Shown: one piece after another, positions 51,584 through 61,195 of the stretch
How the letters are laid out: each line of letters begins with the position of its first letter
Numbering within the stretch: position 1 is the first letter of the stretch
Assembly: GCA_963422365.1 (NCBI GenBank)
Contig: OY729426.1
Location: 1,056,001 to 1,120,000, forward strand
DNA: 64,000 bases
Reading direction: 5' to 3'
DNA from: Nitrospirales bacterium
GTDB taxonomy: Bacteria > Nitrospirota > Nitrospiria > Nitrospirales > UBA8639
Position numbers and translations under genes: made by a program
The notes under the pieces: model-generated
What the model was told of the DNA's origin: nothing
What the model saw: only the letters and a program-made list of their open reading frames with translations
Databases searched by the model: none

Positions 51584-52867
51584 TCATGTTTCCAGAAACC
51601 GTACCTGTTCTTTTTTCAGCGTTAACCCTTTCAACCGGCACCGCGACTCTGGAATCACGCCGATAGGACTGATCAGATAAGGGGTGGCCGGTTCCTTGCC
51701 CAGGCTTCTTTTAAGAAGCCCATTGATTTTGCTCGTTTTCTGATCCATAAAATCCTGGTCCATGCCACGTCTTAAACTGTCACGTGCATTCTCATAATCT
51801 GCGCTGTACTCACCGACAATGTGGACATATTCTTCGAGGTATTCTTCGCTGACGTTTTCCTGGGTCCAGTGTATGCCCGGAGTGCCTGCCAGTAGACGAC
51901 GGGCAAACCAGGCGTAAAAGGCGAAAAGACTGGGAGTAAGGGGCACAGGGTGGTCGCCGCAGTGAATGGTCTTGTTGTTGCTGTCGAGGATCAGTTTCGG
52001 CGGATTAACGTTGCGTTGTGTTCGGGAGACGGTTTCCGAATAACTCATGCTTTCGCCCAGTATGCTGCTATCCAGGTGCCCGCGCAGTCGCACAAAGGGG
52101 ATGTCTGCCAGCGTGATCTCGGCGTCACGGGTATGGATGGGGCGTTTGTTGTGGTCTCGCAGGACTTTCGGTTTGGGGGGCGGGTAGTAAAATTGTGGGT
52201 GTGACTCAAACGGTGGTGAGACCAGTACGTGGGACAGGCGATCCTGCTCGCGCCCGAACAGACTCATGGCGTAGCCCAGGTAGAACCCCATGGTCTTGCG
52301 GCCACCGGCGATAGAGGCGTGGATGATGGTCTGTGGATCAGCAGTCAGGCGTCGCACGATAGCGGTGATGGTATCGGCAGCGGTTTCATTGTCGGCAAGA
52401 CTGCGAATGTCGTCCAGTGGTTTCTTGTCATCCGCAGGGATCTGATGGATGGTCTCTCCGTCGAATCGGATGCCACCTGGATCGATGTCAAGATCAGCGC
52501 AGAGCCGATAAAAATGCTGTTCTTCGGGGTCGCTTTCGAGGAGCGTCAGGCGTACCCTGTCGGCTCCTTCGGCGGTGGTGATGATATGAATGGCCGTCGG
52601 GATGAATGGATCGTCTCGCGTGGCCAGTGCATAGAAGGTTTCGGTAATCACCTGTGGTGATAAACCGGCGGCACACAGCAAGATGCGTTGTGAGCAACCG
52701 ATGGGTGAGCGTGCCGCGTTTGTCACTGGATACGCCTGTCTCGGATTTGATCCAGAATATCTTTCGGTACAAGGCTGGATACGGGATGACGGCTTTTCAG
52801 TGCAGGCCTCGTTCCGGTGTCGGTGGATTGCATGACGGTTTCCATGAACGATGGTCGTTCTAGGCAA
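51584..52867 (-). CDS. NE0113-family CARF protein (Csm6/Csx14-type, putative ring nuclease) with winged-helix-like C-terminus; real start probably near 52726
   Basis: GLSPQVITET, IHIITT, DDIRS, HASIAGGRKTMG, DRLSHVLV, IPFVRLR. Confidence 0.88.
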   Translation of the reverse strand: MPRTTIVHGNRHAIHRHRNEACTEKPSSRIQPCTERYSGSNPRQAYPVTNAARSPIGCSQRILLCAAGLSPQVITETFYALATRDDPFIPTAIHIITTAEGADRVRLTLLESDPEEQHFYRLCADLDIDPGGIRFDGETIHQIPADDKKPLDDIRSLADNETAADTITAIVRRLTADPQTIIHASIAGGRKTMGFYLGYAMSLFGREQDRLSHVLVSPPFESHPQFYYPPPKPKVLRDHNKRPIHTRDAEITLADIPFVRLRGHLDSSILGESMSYSETVSRTQRNVNPPKLILDSNNKTIHCGDHPVPLTPSLFAFYAWFARRLLAGTPGIHWTQENVSEEYLEEYVHIVGEYSADYENARDSLRRGMDQDFMDQKTSKINGLLKRSLGKEPATPYLISPIGVIPESRCRLKGLTLKKEQVRFLET

Positions 52868-52873
52868 GCCCTG

Positions 52874-53854
52874 TTAATCGACGCTGATGATTGCATACTT
52901 GCCCAGCCCCATGCTGGTGTTTTTGCCCGCGTGAGTCCATTGGCCGAGCCAGATGTAGTGCCAGAAAGGCACGAGTGCGTTGCTTCCGGAACAGCCGCCG
53001 GCGCTGACCTCGAACGTCACCGTGCCCAACAGTCCGCCAAGCTGCATCAGGCTGTCCTGACGGCTGGAATAGCGGGTCCAGTCATGCCAGCGCAGTTCAT
53101 GACGTGCCACGGGTATCGCTTCAGCTGCCCGGGTCAGCGCGGCAAAGTCGGTTTCCAGCGGCGTGTCGGTGTGAAACGCGGTGAGCAGGGAGAGACGCCG
53201 CAATAACGTCGAAAAGAGGGTCTTGAACGTCAACCCGTTCGGCGTGATAAGGTGATCGCGGGCTTTCACGCGCAAGGGCGTGAGGAACTCGATTTTCAAT
53301 TGAGCCGGACAATCCGGCGGATTGCGACACTCCGGAGGTTGCGGCTGGAGATTTCCTCCTGGCCGGTAGATTGACAACCATGCATCCTGCACGTGCTGTT
53401 GAACCTCAAGTAACGTGAGTGTTCCGCGTTGTTTGCCAATACCTCGTTGGGCGGCTTGGTCAAGCGCGTGAATGATATAGGGCAGATGACGATTCCCACG
53501 TCCGAACAGCGTCATCTCCAAGCTGTGCTCGGTCTCCGCCGCCAGGGGACCGTGCATCGTGTCGCCCGGATTCAGGACGAACGGGTGTGGCGCGGCGTTG
53601 TATTTGCGCAGTTTGCCGACGCCTGGATCCGGCGGTGTCTCAAAAATATAGGGGTAGATACAACTGCGATACAACAGGCAGGGTTCACAGTGCGGTTCGC
53701 GGGTCACGCAGACCAGTCTTTTGAGGCTGTTGCCGAAGGCGCCGCGCCAAGCGGAACCGGAATAGTCCGGCAGGCGCATGGAGCCGGCTGTTCGAAACCT
53801 GAACCGATAGTGCGCCAAGGGTAATGATGGTTCGCTGAATGATGCTGTATTCAT
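52874..53854 (-). CDS. cas6: Cas6 crRNA processing endoribonuclease
   Basis: YSGSAWRGAFG, Cys cluster, PHPFV, WTRYSSRQ, HAGKNTSMGLG G-loop. Confidence 0.95.
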   Translation of the reverse strand: MNTASFSEPSLPLAHYRFRFRTAGSMRLPDYSGSAWRGAFGNSLKRLVCVTREPHCEPCLLYRSCIYPYIFETPPDPGVGKLRKYNAAPHPFVLNPGDTMHGPLAAETEHSLEMTLFGRGNRHLPYIIHALDQAAQRGIGKQRGTLTLLEVQQHVQDAWLSIYRPGGNLQPQPPECRNPPDCPAQLKIEFLTPLRVKARDHLITPNGLTFKTLFSTLLRRLSLLTAFHTDTPLETDFAALTRAAEAIPVARHELRWHDWTRYSSRQDSLMQLGGLLGTVTFEVSAGGCSGSNALVPFWHYIWLGQWTHAGKNTSMGLGKYAIISVD

Positions 53855-53973
53855 AGAAGTTTCCCGTTTGTTGCAACAACGTAACGGGTTACCCAAAGTT
53901 GTTCAACGCGAAAATTCTATATGTTACGATAGGTTATGGAGATAATGTGTTGAACCCCTTGCTTCAGGCGTTT

Positions 53974-54021
53974 ATTGTAGAATGAAACGCTGCTGCGGAA
54001 ACGGGTGGCAAGCTTGCCGTG
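53974..54021 (-). promoter_or_regulatory. Palindromic box plus -10 element upstream of cas6
   Basis: TGGCAAGCTTGCCG 54006-54019; TACAAT (minus strand) 53979-53974. Confidence 0.65.
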
Positions 54022-54191
54022 ACGCAGGTTACTCGTTATCTGTGAGCCCCTTCCTAAGGATCGGTGCGTATCAATTGGGTATAAATAACGTAGGGCCAAC
54101 CCTGGATGACAACATTCCAGAACCTATGCCGGAACGTCTCTTCCTGTTGCCTCATTTTGTGGTTTCATCGTGCTTTCGCTATAATGGGCTC

Positions 54192-54665
54192 ATGTCTCGA
54201 TCCCACTCCGGTTTTTCTTCTTTCGCCTGGGCCTTGTTTTTGAGCCTCGTCGTGTTGATGGCGGGGTGTGAGTCCAAACAAGGCCCGAAGTATCCCGAAG
54301 ACCACGAACGATTTGGGCGCGTTGTGGAGGCGGTGGATGCTTTACGCTCAGCATATGAAAAGCAAAATCTCGACGCGATCAGAAAATTAATGTTGCCGTC
54401 AAAAGGATTTCAGCGGCTCCAACGTGAGATGCAACAGGACTTTGCCACGTCTTCTGCGATTGCCTTAACCATGACGATTGAGCGAATGTACGTTCAAGGG
54501 GAACAAGCAAGGGTCAACATTCGATGGGAGGGAGAATGGCAACCATCATCCGAAGACAAGGTGGTAACGGATCGCGGACACGGCATCTTGATCTGGAGCG
54601 GCACGCAGGTCATTTTGTTGGCAGGAGTGGAAGGGGATCTGCCGTTTGGGATGGCCAGCCGTTAA
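54192..54665 (+). CDS. Hypothetical lipoprotein (NTF2-like)
   Basis: MAGC lipobox after a hydrophobic signal. Confidence 0.65.
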   Translation: MSRSHSGFSSFAWALFLSLVVLMAGCESKQGPKYPEDHERFGRVVEAVDALRSAYEKQNLDAIRKLMLPSKGFQRLQREMQQDFATSSAIALTMTIERMYVQGEQARVNIRWEGEWQPSSEDKVVTDRGHGILIWSGTQVILLAGVEGDLPFGMASR

Positions 54666-54761
54666 CCCCTGTCGCCTATTCTGATGAGGCCGTAGCGCCT
54701 GGGCCATTTTGATGGTGCCGGTTTTGCTGGATGGCCTCAAAACCCATAGATTGTTCTGCTC

Positions 54762-56384
54762 ATGAAAACAGTCGCGACGAAGTATCGTTGGGGGCCGGAA
54801 GCTGATTTTCTCGTCATTGGAAGCGGTATCGCCGGGTTGCGTGCCGCGATTGAGTTATGTCGCCATGGACGAGTGCTGATTGTGACAAAAGGCAGCCGCT
54901 TGGAAAGTAACTCGATGTACGCACAGGGCGGAGTCGCCGTCGCCCTGAATGCTGAAGATGACGTGAACCTGCATTTCTCCGATACGATTCGGGCCGGGCA
55001 CCAGCTCGGTCGAGAAGCTGCGGCTCGGGTCCTGGTGGAGGAAGGGCCGACTCGTATCCAGGAATTAATCACCTGGGGTACGCAGTTTGATAAGGTCGGT
55101 GGGAAGTTTGCCTTTGCCAAAGAAGGGGCTCACAGCCGAAACCGAGTGCTGCGGGCTCGGGGCGATGCGACGGGCAATGAAATGATTCGGGTCTTGCTGG
55201 GACGGGCCAGACAACATCCGGACATTCAATGGCTTGATCGTCATTTTACCAAGGATCTGTTGGTCGTGGATGGCCGGTGTTCCGGCGTGGTTGTGGTGAA
55301 TGAAGCCACGGGGGACGTGGTACTCCTTCCGGCGGTGGCGGTGATCCTGACCACTGGAGGTGCAGGCCAAATTTATGCAAGGACCACCAATATGGGAAAT
55401 GCCACGGGCGATGGAATAGCGATGGCCTATCGGGCGGGGGTCATTTTGGAAGACATGGAATTCGTTCAATTTCATCCCACGGCGTTGTACCTTCCCTCCA
55501 CCCCGCCGTTTCTGCTGTCCGAAGCCATGCGGGGTGAAGGAGGTGTGCTACGAAATCGAAAGGGGGAGGTGTTTCTGTCACGGTATCATCCCGCGGCGGA
55601 AATGGCCCCACGCGATATCGTCGCGCGGGCGATTTGGTCGGAAATGGCCTCTTCTCGGTCGCGCCACGTGTATTTGGATGTCACCCATTTGGAGAAAGGC
55701 TTCATCAAAAAACGGTTTCCCACGATTTATCGGACCTGCTTGCGTTTTGACATCGATATCACGGAGGAATGGATTCCCGTTGCTCCAAGTGCCCATTATT
55801 TCATGGGAGGCCTGAAAGCAGGGATTGATGGAGAGACGTCCTTGCCCGGCCTGTTTGCTGCCGGCGAAGTGGCCTGCAACGGGGTCCATGGGGCGAATCG
55901 TTTGGCAAGTAATTCATTGTTAGAAGGGCTGGTATTCGGATACCGTGCCGCCAAGTCAGCGTCGTCCCTTCCTGTTGGTCTCAAGCGGGCTCGTCTGAAA
56001 CATCTCCTTCCCGGTTTCGTGGCGGAACCAATCGGGACGTTGGAAGATAGCGAAAAACTGAGAAACTCCTTACGGCGTCTCATGTGGAACAAGGTCGGGT
56101 TAGTCAGGACCGGCGATTCCTTGATCCAGGCTCTTGCGCAGATCTCTCGTTGGGACCCGCAGATTCAGGCTTCGCTGCAAACACGACCGGACCTCGAAGT
56201 CAAAAATATGATTCAAGTTGCGCGGTGTCTGACCGAAGCCGCTTTGTGGAGGGAAAACAGCCTGGGGACCCATTACCGGGAAGATTTTCCGAGTTGCCAA
56301 GGTTCGGGGTGGAAAACGCACAGTCAGGTTTGGCTGGCAGAGTCTGTCAGTTCTTCTCCCACAACCCGGCATCGTGCCGGGTAA
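54762..56384 (+). CDS. nadB: L-aspartate oxidase
   Basis: IGSGIAG, YAQGGVA, EGAHSRNRV, QFHPT, SEAMRGEG, HGANRLASNSLLE. Confidence 0.97.
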   Translation: MKTVATKYRWGPEADFLVIGSGIAGLRAAIELCRHGRVLIVTKGSRLESNSMYAQGGVAVALNAEDDVNLHFSDTIRAGHQLGREAAARVLVEEGPTRIQELITWGTQFDKVGGKFAFAKEGAHSRNRVLRARGDATGNEMIRVLLGRARQHPDIQWLDRHFTKDLLVVDGRCSGVVVVNEATGDVVLLPAVAVILTTGGAGQIYARTTNMGNATGDGIAMAYRAGVILEDMEFVQFHPTALYLPSTPPFLLSEAMRGEGGVLRNRKGEVFLSRYHPAAEMAPRDIVARAIWSEMASSRSRHVYLDVTHLEKGFIKKRFPTIYRTCLRFDIDITEEWIPVAPSAHYFMGGLKAGIDGETSLPGLFAAGEVACNGVHGANRLASNSLLEGLVFGYRAAKSASSLPVGLKRARLKHLLPGFVAEPIGTLEDSEKLRNSLRRLMWNKVGLVRTGDSLIQALAQISRWDPQIQASLQTRPDLEVKNMIQVARCLTEAALWRENSLGTHYREDFPSCQGSGWKTHSQVWLAESVSSSPTTRHRAG

Positions 56385-56437
56385 CCGTTCGACCCCTTTT
56401 TGATTTTTTCCCCGATTACAACCGTCGGGGACAGACC

Positions 56438-57292
56438 TTATCGACTCTGTTCTCTTAGCAGGCGGTTGTACTGGATTTGAAGCATGTCTACCCAAGAGTG
56501 AGCCGCTTGTTTCGGAAAGGGACGTCCGTCAATTTTTTCAACCGGCAGAATGCCGATCCCGCTACTGGTGACAAAACATTCATCCGCGTCATCCAGGAAT
56601 TCAGGGGTGTAGCGGCCTTCTTGGGGGTGAAGGCCCAGGGGAGGGGCGACTTCGAGCACGACCCCTCGAGTGATGCCGGGTAACGCGCCACATGCCAGCG
56701 AAGGGGTATGCAGCGTCTTGTTCCTAATAAAAAAAATGTTGCTCATGGAGCATTCGGCCAGATGCCCATCGACGGTCAACAGCAACCCTTCAAAGGCGCC
56801 CCGTGTTGCAGCCTCTTGTTTCGCTAACAGATTGTTCACATAGTTCAGGGTTTTGGCTTGAGTTGGATACGAAAGCGGTGACGGCTTGCGAATCGTGGTG
56901 ATGGTGATCGGTACTCCGTTGCGCCGCTGGGATGGTGTCACGTGCGGGAGGGACCGTGGAAACAACACGATTGTCGGGTCAGCGCAAGCATCTGGAGGTG
57001 CGGGTCCCTGGCCTCGGGAGAGCGTCAGGCGAATCGCCGCATGGTCTAACTGATTTTTGTCAATGACCGTCTGAAAGACTTTGGCCCAATTTCTTTCAGG
57101 TGACGGCACGGTAAGGTGAATCTGCTGGCAGGAGTGGGTGAGCCGTGCAAGATGACGCTCTAGCCACACTGGGTGGTGGTCATAGATTCGGACGGTTTCA
57201 AATACGCCCTCTCCATACAAAAATCCACGATCAAAGACAGAAATGCTTGCCTGTTCTTCATGCACGATCCGGTTATTCAGATAAATCCACAT
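56438..57292 (-). CDS. Class IV aminotransferase (aminodeoxychorismate lyase / IlvE-like)
   Basis: DRGFLYGEGVFET, HLARL, KTLNY, LPGITR. Confidence 0.9.
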   Translation of the reverse strand: MWIYLNNRIVHEEQASISVFDRGFLYGEGVFETVRIYDHHPVWLERHLARLTHSCQQIHLTVPSPERNWAKVFQTVIDKNQLDHAAIRLTLSRGQGPAPPDACADPTIVLFPRSLPHVTPSQRRNGVPITITTIRKPSPLSYPTQAKTLNYVNNLLAKQEAATRGAFEGLLLTVDGHLAECSMSNIFFIRNKTLHTPSLACGALPGITRGVVLEVAPPLGLHPQEGRYTPEFLDDADECFVTSSGIGILPVEKIDGRPFPKQAAHSWVDMLQIQYNRLLREQSR

Positions 57293-57317
57293 GGAAGGAT
57301 GAGTTAAACGTGATGTC

Positions 57318-58805
57318 TTATTGCAAAGCTTCAAACAGAGCTTGGGCTTTATAGAGGGTTTCCTGGTACTCACGATGGGGATTGGAATCTGCGACGATTC
57401 CGGCACCTACTTGGAGGTAGGCCTGTTGCTGCGTCAACACCATGGTGCGAATAAGAATGTTGAAGTCCACATCGCCGGTCCAGCTGATGTACCCCAAGGA
57501 CCCGGTATAGGGCCCGCGACGAACGGGTTCCAGTTCTTCAATGATCTCCATACAGCGGATCTTCGGTACTCCGGTGATCGTGCCTCCGGGGAAAACGGAT
57601 CGGACGAGGTCTAGCATGCGACAAGCCGGATTCAGCGTTCCCCGGACCTCGGATACCAAGTGCGCCACGTGCGAATACGGTTCAATCGTCATGAACTCCT
57701 CAACGTGAACCGACCCATATTCGCAGACTCGACCTAGATCGTTGCGGGCCAGATCAACCAGCATGACGTGTTCGGCTCGTTCTTTCGCATCGATCCGAAG
57801 GTTGTCCATAAATTCATGATCTTCAACGACTGTGCGGCCTCGGGGTCGAGTGCCGGCCATAGGACGCGCGGTTACCTGGTTGCCGGTGACTTGGACGAGT
57901 CGTTCAGGCGACGAGGAGACCAACGCAAGCTTTTCGGTCACGAATAACCCGGAAAACGGCGAGGGATTCACCATGCGCAGACGGTGGTACAAGTTGTGGC
58001 CGGCTGTTTGCAGCGAATGGTCCTCTGCCGGATTACATTCGACGGAAAAGCGTTGGGCGAGATTGGCTTGATAAATGTCGCCGGCTCGAATGAACGTTTG
58101 GCACCGTTGCACTTGCTCGATGTACTCCCGTTCGGAATGTGTGCCCTCCATGGTTGAGGCAATGAGTGGAGACCCTGATGGGCCGGTCTTCACGAATGGG
58201 GAGCACAAGAGGCTGTCCAGTTCGGCGATCCGAGCGGTTCCTTCACGATGCAATGCATCATGGGATTCTGAACGCAGCCGCTCGGGGGCCGGGGTAAAAA
58301 CAATATGAAGAGATTGGGTGTGGTGATCAATCACGACCACCAGATCGAAAAACAGAAACTCCAAATCGGGCAGTGGGAGGTCATGGCGAGCAAGCGAAGG
58401 GAGCACTTCGTAGTGCCGAACGGTATCATAACTCACGTACCCAATGGCTCCACCGATAAAAGGAGGCAGGGAGGTGGAACGAGGAACAAGGGAAGGACCC
58501 AGAAACCTGAATAATGCTGGAAGCGGATCCTCTTGATGCTGCGTCTTTCCCTGTACCGTTTCGAGGGTATAGTGTCTCAAGCCTCCAGAAAAAATAAGGT
58601 ACGGGTTGCCGGCCAAAAATGAATATCGGGCTAGCCTGGAAGGCTGTTTCCCACTTTCCAGAAGGACGGAAGGTCGGTGAGGGGTTGCGATCCGTCGGTA
58701 GACGTCCCAGGGACTTTCTTCAAGAAAGGGCTTTGTCCGGATCAGCGGAAATTGCCCTGTGTCAGGACGATTCGAAGCATGTGAGGAAAGAACGGGTTGG
58801 CTCAT
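57318..58805 (-). CDS. pabB: Chorismate-binding enzyme (PabB / anthranilate synthase component I family)
   Basis: LLESG, GDIYQAN, SSSPERL, PMAGTRPR, EHVMLVDLARNDLG, FPGGTITGVPK. Confidence 0.8.
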   Translation of the reverse strand: MSQPVLSSHASNRPDTGQFPLIRTKPFLEESPWDVYRRIATPHRPSVLLESGKQPSRLARYSFLAGNPYLIFSGGLRHYTLETVQGKTQHQEDPLPALFRFLGPSLVPRSTSLPPFIGGAIGYVSYDTVRHYEVLPSLARHDLPLPDLEFLFFDLVVVIDHHTQSLHIVFTPAPERLRSESHDALHREGTARIAELDSLLCSPFVKTGPSGSPLIASTMEGTHSEREYIEQVQRCQTFIRAGDIYQANLAQRFSVECNPAEDHSLQTAGHNLYHRLRMVNPSPFSGLFVTEKLALVSSSPERLVQVTGNQVTARPMAGTRPRGRTVVEDHEFMDNLRIDAKERAEHVMLVDLARNDLGRVCEYGSVHVEEFMTIEPYSHVAHLVSEVRGTLNPACRMLDLVRSVFPGGTITGVPKIRCMEIIEELEPVRRGPYTGSLGYISWTGDVDFNILIRTMVLTQQQAYLQVGAGIVADSNPHREYQETLYKAQALFEALQ

Positions 58806-58979
58806 GGTTTCAGAACGATCTCGGATGGTTGTTTGTGTATCATAACGGGAGTCGGTAGGGAGAGAAAGGCCCCTCCTTGAGAAATTTACAGGAAAACGGG
58901 GGTCATTTCCGATCCGTTGCTTGACAGTAGAATCAACATTTTGTTTGAATAAAACCCTCGCATTCGAGAGGTCAGGCCT

Positions 58980-59201
58980 ATTCCTTCGTCACCAAATCCA
59001 TTGTACTTGGGGTTAGGGCAAGCCGTGCGGGTGGGCACGAATTTACTTGCGACCCTGATGGTGGGCGGAGGATTGGGTTGGAGCATGGATTTCTACCTGT
59101 TTCCGACTGAACCCTGGTGTTTGGTGGGAGGCCTGATCCTCGGACTGGTTGCCGGTATTCGAAACGCCTACCGTAGTGCCCAACGCTGGGATCAATCGTA
59201 G
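58980..59201 (+). CDS. AtpZ/AtpI family protein
   Basis: Two TM helices, GLGW..D...PW; first gene of the F0 operon; start possibly ATT 58980 or TTG 59001. Confidence 0.8.
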   Translation: MPSSPNPLYLGLGQAVRVGTNLLATLMVGGGLGWSMDFYLFPTEPWCLVGGLILGLVAGIRNAYRSAQRWDQS

Positions 59202-59232
59202 CGTTTCCTTATGACACGAAAACGAGGTTTCT

Positions 59233-59985
59233 TTGGAAAATCCACTGCATCCCTTTGAGCTTCATACGATGGTCCCCTTGTCCCTTTTCGGCCTCGATAT
59301 TTCAATCAACAAGGCTGTCATCGTCATGTTTTTGGTTGTGGGACTGGTCATCCTGTTGATGACGAAAGCCTGCCCGCGACATGGTGTATCGGGGGCGCGT
59401 TCGGCAGGATCCCTTGTCCCTACGAAGTTGCAAAGTCTGGCCGAAATACTGGTGGAGTTTATTCGCGGCATGATTCACGAGACCATGGGACCGGAAGGGA
59501 TGCGGTTTGTCCCGTTCATCGCGAGTCTCTTTTTGTTTATTTTAGGGTGCAATCTCTTGGGACTCATTCCCGGAGCCTATACGGTCACCAGTCAACTCGT
59601 TGTGACCGGCGTCTTTGCCTTGGGCGTGTATGCCCTCAGTATTATCGTCGGGCTGAAATTACACGGGGCCAAGTTTCTGGGCATTCTCGTGCCGCCGGGG
59701 ACGCCCGGTTGGTTGGTGCCGCTCATGATCCCCATTGAACTGATTAGTCAATTAGCTCGTCCTATTTCGTTGGCGGTTCGATTGTTTGCCAATATGACCG
59801 CCGGGCACGTCATTCTCGGGGTCCTCTTTGGATTGACGATGAGTGGTGGGCTGTTGATTGGGTGGCTGCCTTTTTCCTTTACCGTGGCGTTGTACGGATT
59901 GGAATTAGGGATTGCCTGTATTCAAGCCTACATCTTTACGATCTTGACGTGTGTGTATATGGGGGACGCGTTCCATCCTCATTAG
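59233..59985 (+). CDS. atpB: ATP synthase F0 subunit a
   Basis: NLLGLIP, RPISLAVRLFANMTAGH, IQAYIF. Confidence 0.97.
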   Translation: MENPLHPFELHTMVPLSLFGLDISINKAVIVMFLVVGLVILLMTKACPRHGVSGARSAGSLVPTKLQSLAEILVEFIRGMIHETMGPEGMRFVPFIASLFLFILGCNLLGLIPGAYTVTSQLVVTGVFALGVYALSIIVGLKLHGAKFLGILVPPGTPGWLVPLMIPIELISQLARPISLAVRLFANMTAGHVILGVLFGLTMSGGLLIGWLPFSFTVALYGLELGIACIQAYIFTILTCVYMGDAFHPH

Positions 59986-60085
59986 GTTCTGGTAAACGTC
60001 TGTCAAGGGAGTGCTCGTTGTTGCCGATGGTTACGGCAGAGAGTTTAGACCTTATTCACGATTTCACCAGGGAGAACACAACACA

Positions 60086-60316
60086 ATGGATTCTGCAGCG
60101 TCAGCATTATTGGGAATGGGGCTCGCAGCCGCAGGCTTTGCCGGCGCGGGTGTAGGCATCGGGTATATCTTCGGAAAAATGATCGAGGCGGTGGCCCGTC
60201 AACCAGAGGCGGAGGCACGGGTGGGCAAGTATATGTGGATCGGCTTTGCGTTAGTCGAAGCGATCGCGCTCTATGGGTTGGTGATCGCCTTTATCATTAT
60301 GGGCTTGAGAAAATAG
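60086..60316 (+). CDS. atpE: ATP synthase F0 subunit c
   Basis: GAGVGIG, ARQPE, ALVEA. Confidence 0.97.
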   Translation: MDSAASALLGMGLAAAGFAGAGVGIGYIFGKMIEAVARQPEAEARVGKYMWIGFALVEAIALYGLVIAFIIMGLRK

Positions 60317-60328
60317 GACCTGAACGTC

Positions 60329-60856
60329 ATGCCTCAATTCGACAGCCAGTTTTTTTCGTCCCTGATTTTTTGGGAACTCATCTCGTTTGGTATCCTTGCC
60401 TGGATTCTGTACAAATTCGCGTTTCCGCCGATTGTAGAAGCCCTGGAAACCCGTGAACGAAAAATCCGTGAGAGCATTGAACAGGCCGAGCACCATCGAC
60501 TAGCCGCCGAAGAGCGCTTACAAGCCTACGAAGCCAAGCTGAGCGGGGCTGCCCAAGAAGCTGAGGCGGTTATAGCGGAAGCGAAAGCCCAGGCTCAACG
60601 ATTGCTGGAGGAAAACGAGCAGCGGCTGCGAACCGATTCCGAGCGTATCAGGGCCGAGACTGCACGGGAAATCGAGCGGGAGCGACGAAAAACCCTCCAA
60701 GATATTCGAAGCGAGGCTGCGGATTTGGCCTTGATGGTGGCGGAAAAAGTCCTGGTGCGAAGTCTCTCGGATGATGATCATCGTCGTCTGGCCCAGGAAG
60801 CGTTGCACGCGATTGCCGCTGACGAATCTCAAGAGTCACCCTCAATAGTTGGTTAA
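60329..60856 (+). CDS. atpF: ATP synthase F0 subunit b
   Basis: N-terminal TM helix then long coiled coil; follows atpE. Confidence 0.95.
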   Translation: MPQFDSQFFSSLIFWELISFGILAWILYKFAFPPIVEALETRERKIRESIEQAEHHRLAAEERLQAYEAKLSGAAQEAEAVIAEAKAQAQRLLEENEQRLRTDSERIRAETAREIERERRKTLQDIRSEAADLALMVAEKVLVRSLSDDDHRRLAQEALHAIAADESQESPSIVG

Positions 60857-60929
60857 AAGATTCCTCGCTTTGGTTGCCCCACTGCCTTGACTAACTCAGC
60901 AGCGTGGGACACGGAGATAGGAGCCACCC

Positions 60930-61195
60930 TTGTCTAACAATGACAAAGGATATTTGCAGATTGTGCTCGAACCCATCCGAGTATCCGCTGCGTACAAACC
61001 GAAATTCGGTCAAGGGAGCAGAGGCGGTGGTTTGTCGCCGGAGAAATTCCGAAATCTTTATCAGAACGACCCTTTCTATTGCTGGTTTGGCCTTGATACT
61101 ACGCTGATGTACACTGCCCATAAGGCATCCGGCGGCATGACGAGTGTCTAGAGACAGATTGGAATCGGCTGTGAGAAGCTATTCCGTACCATCTT
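60930..61195 (+). pseudogene. Probable type II restriction endonuclease N-terminal remnant
   Basis: YKPKFGQG..DPFY.W..AHKASGGMTSV stop RQIGIGCE; abuts a methyltransferase. Confidence 0.5.
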
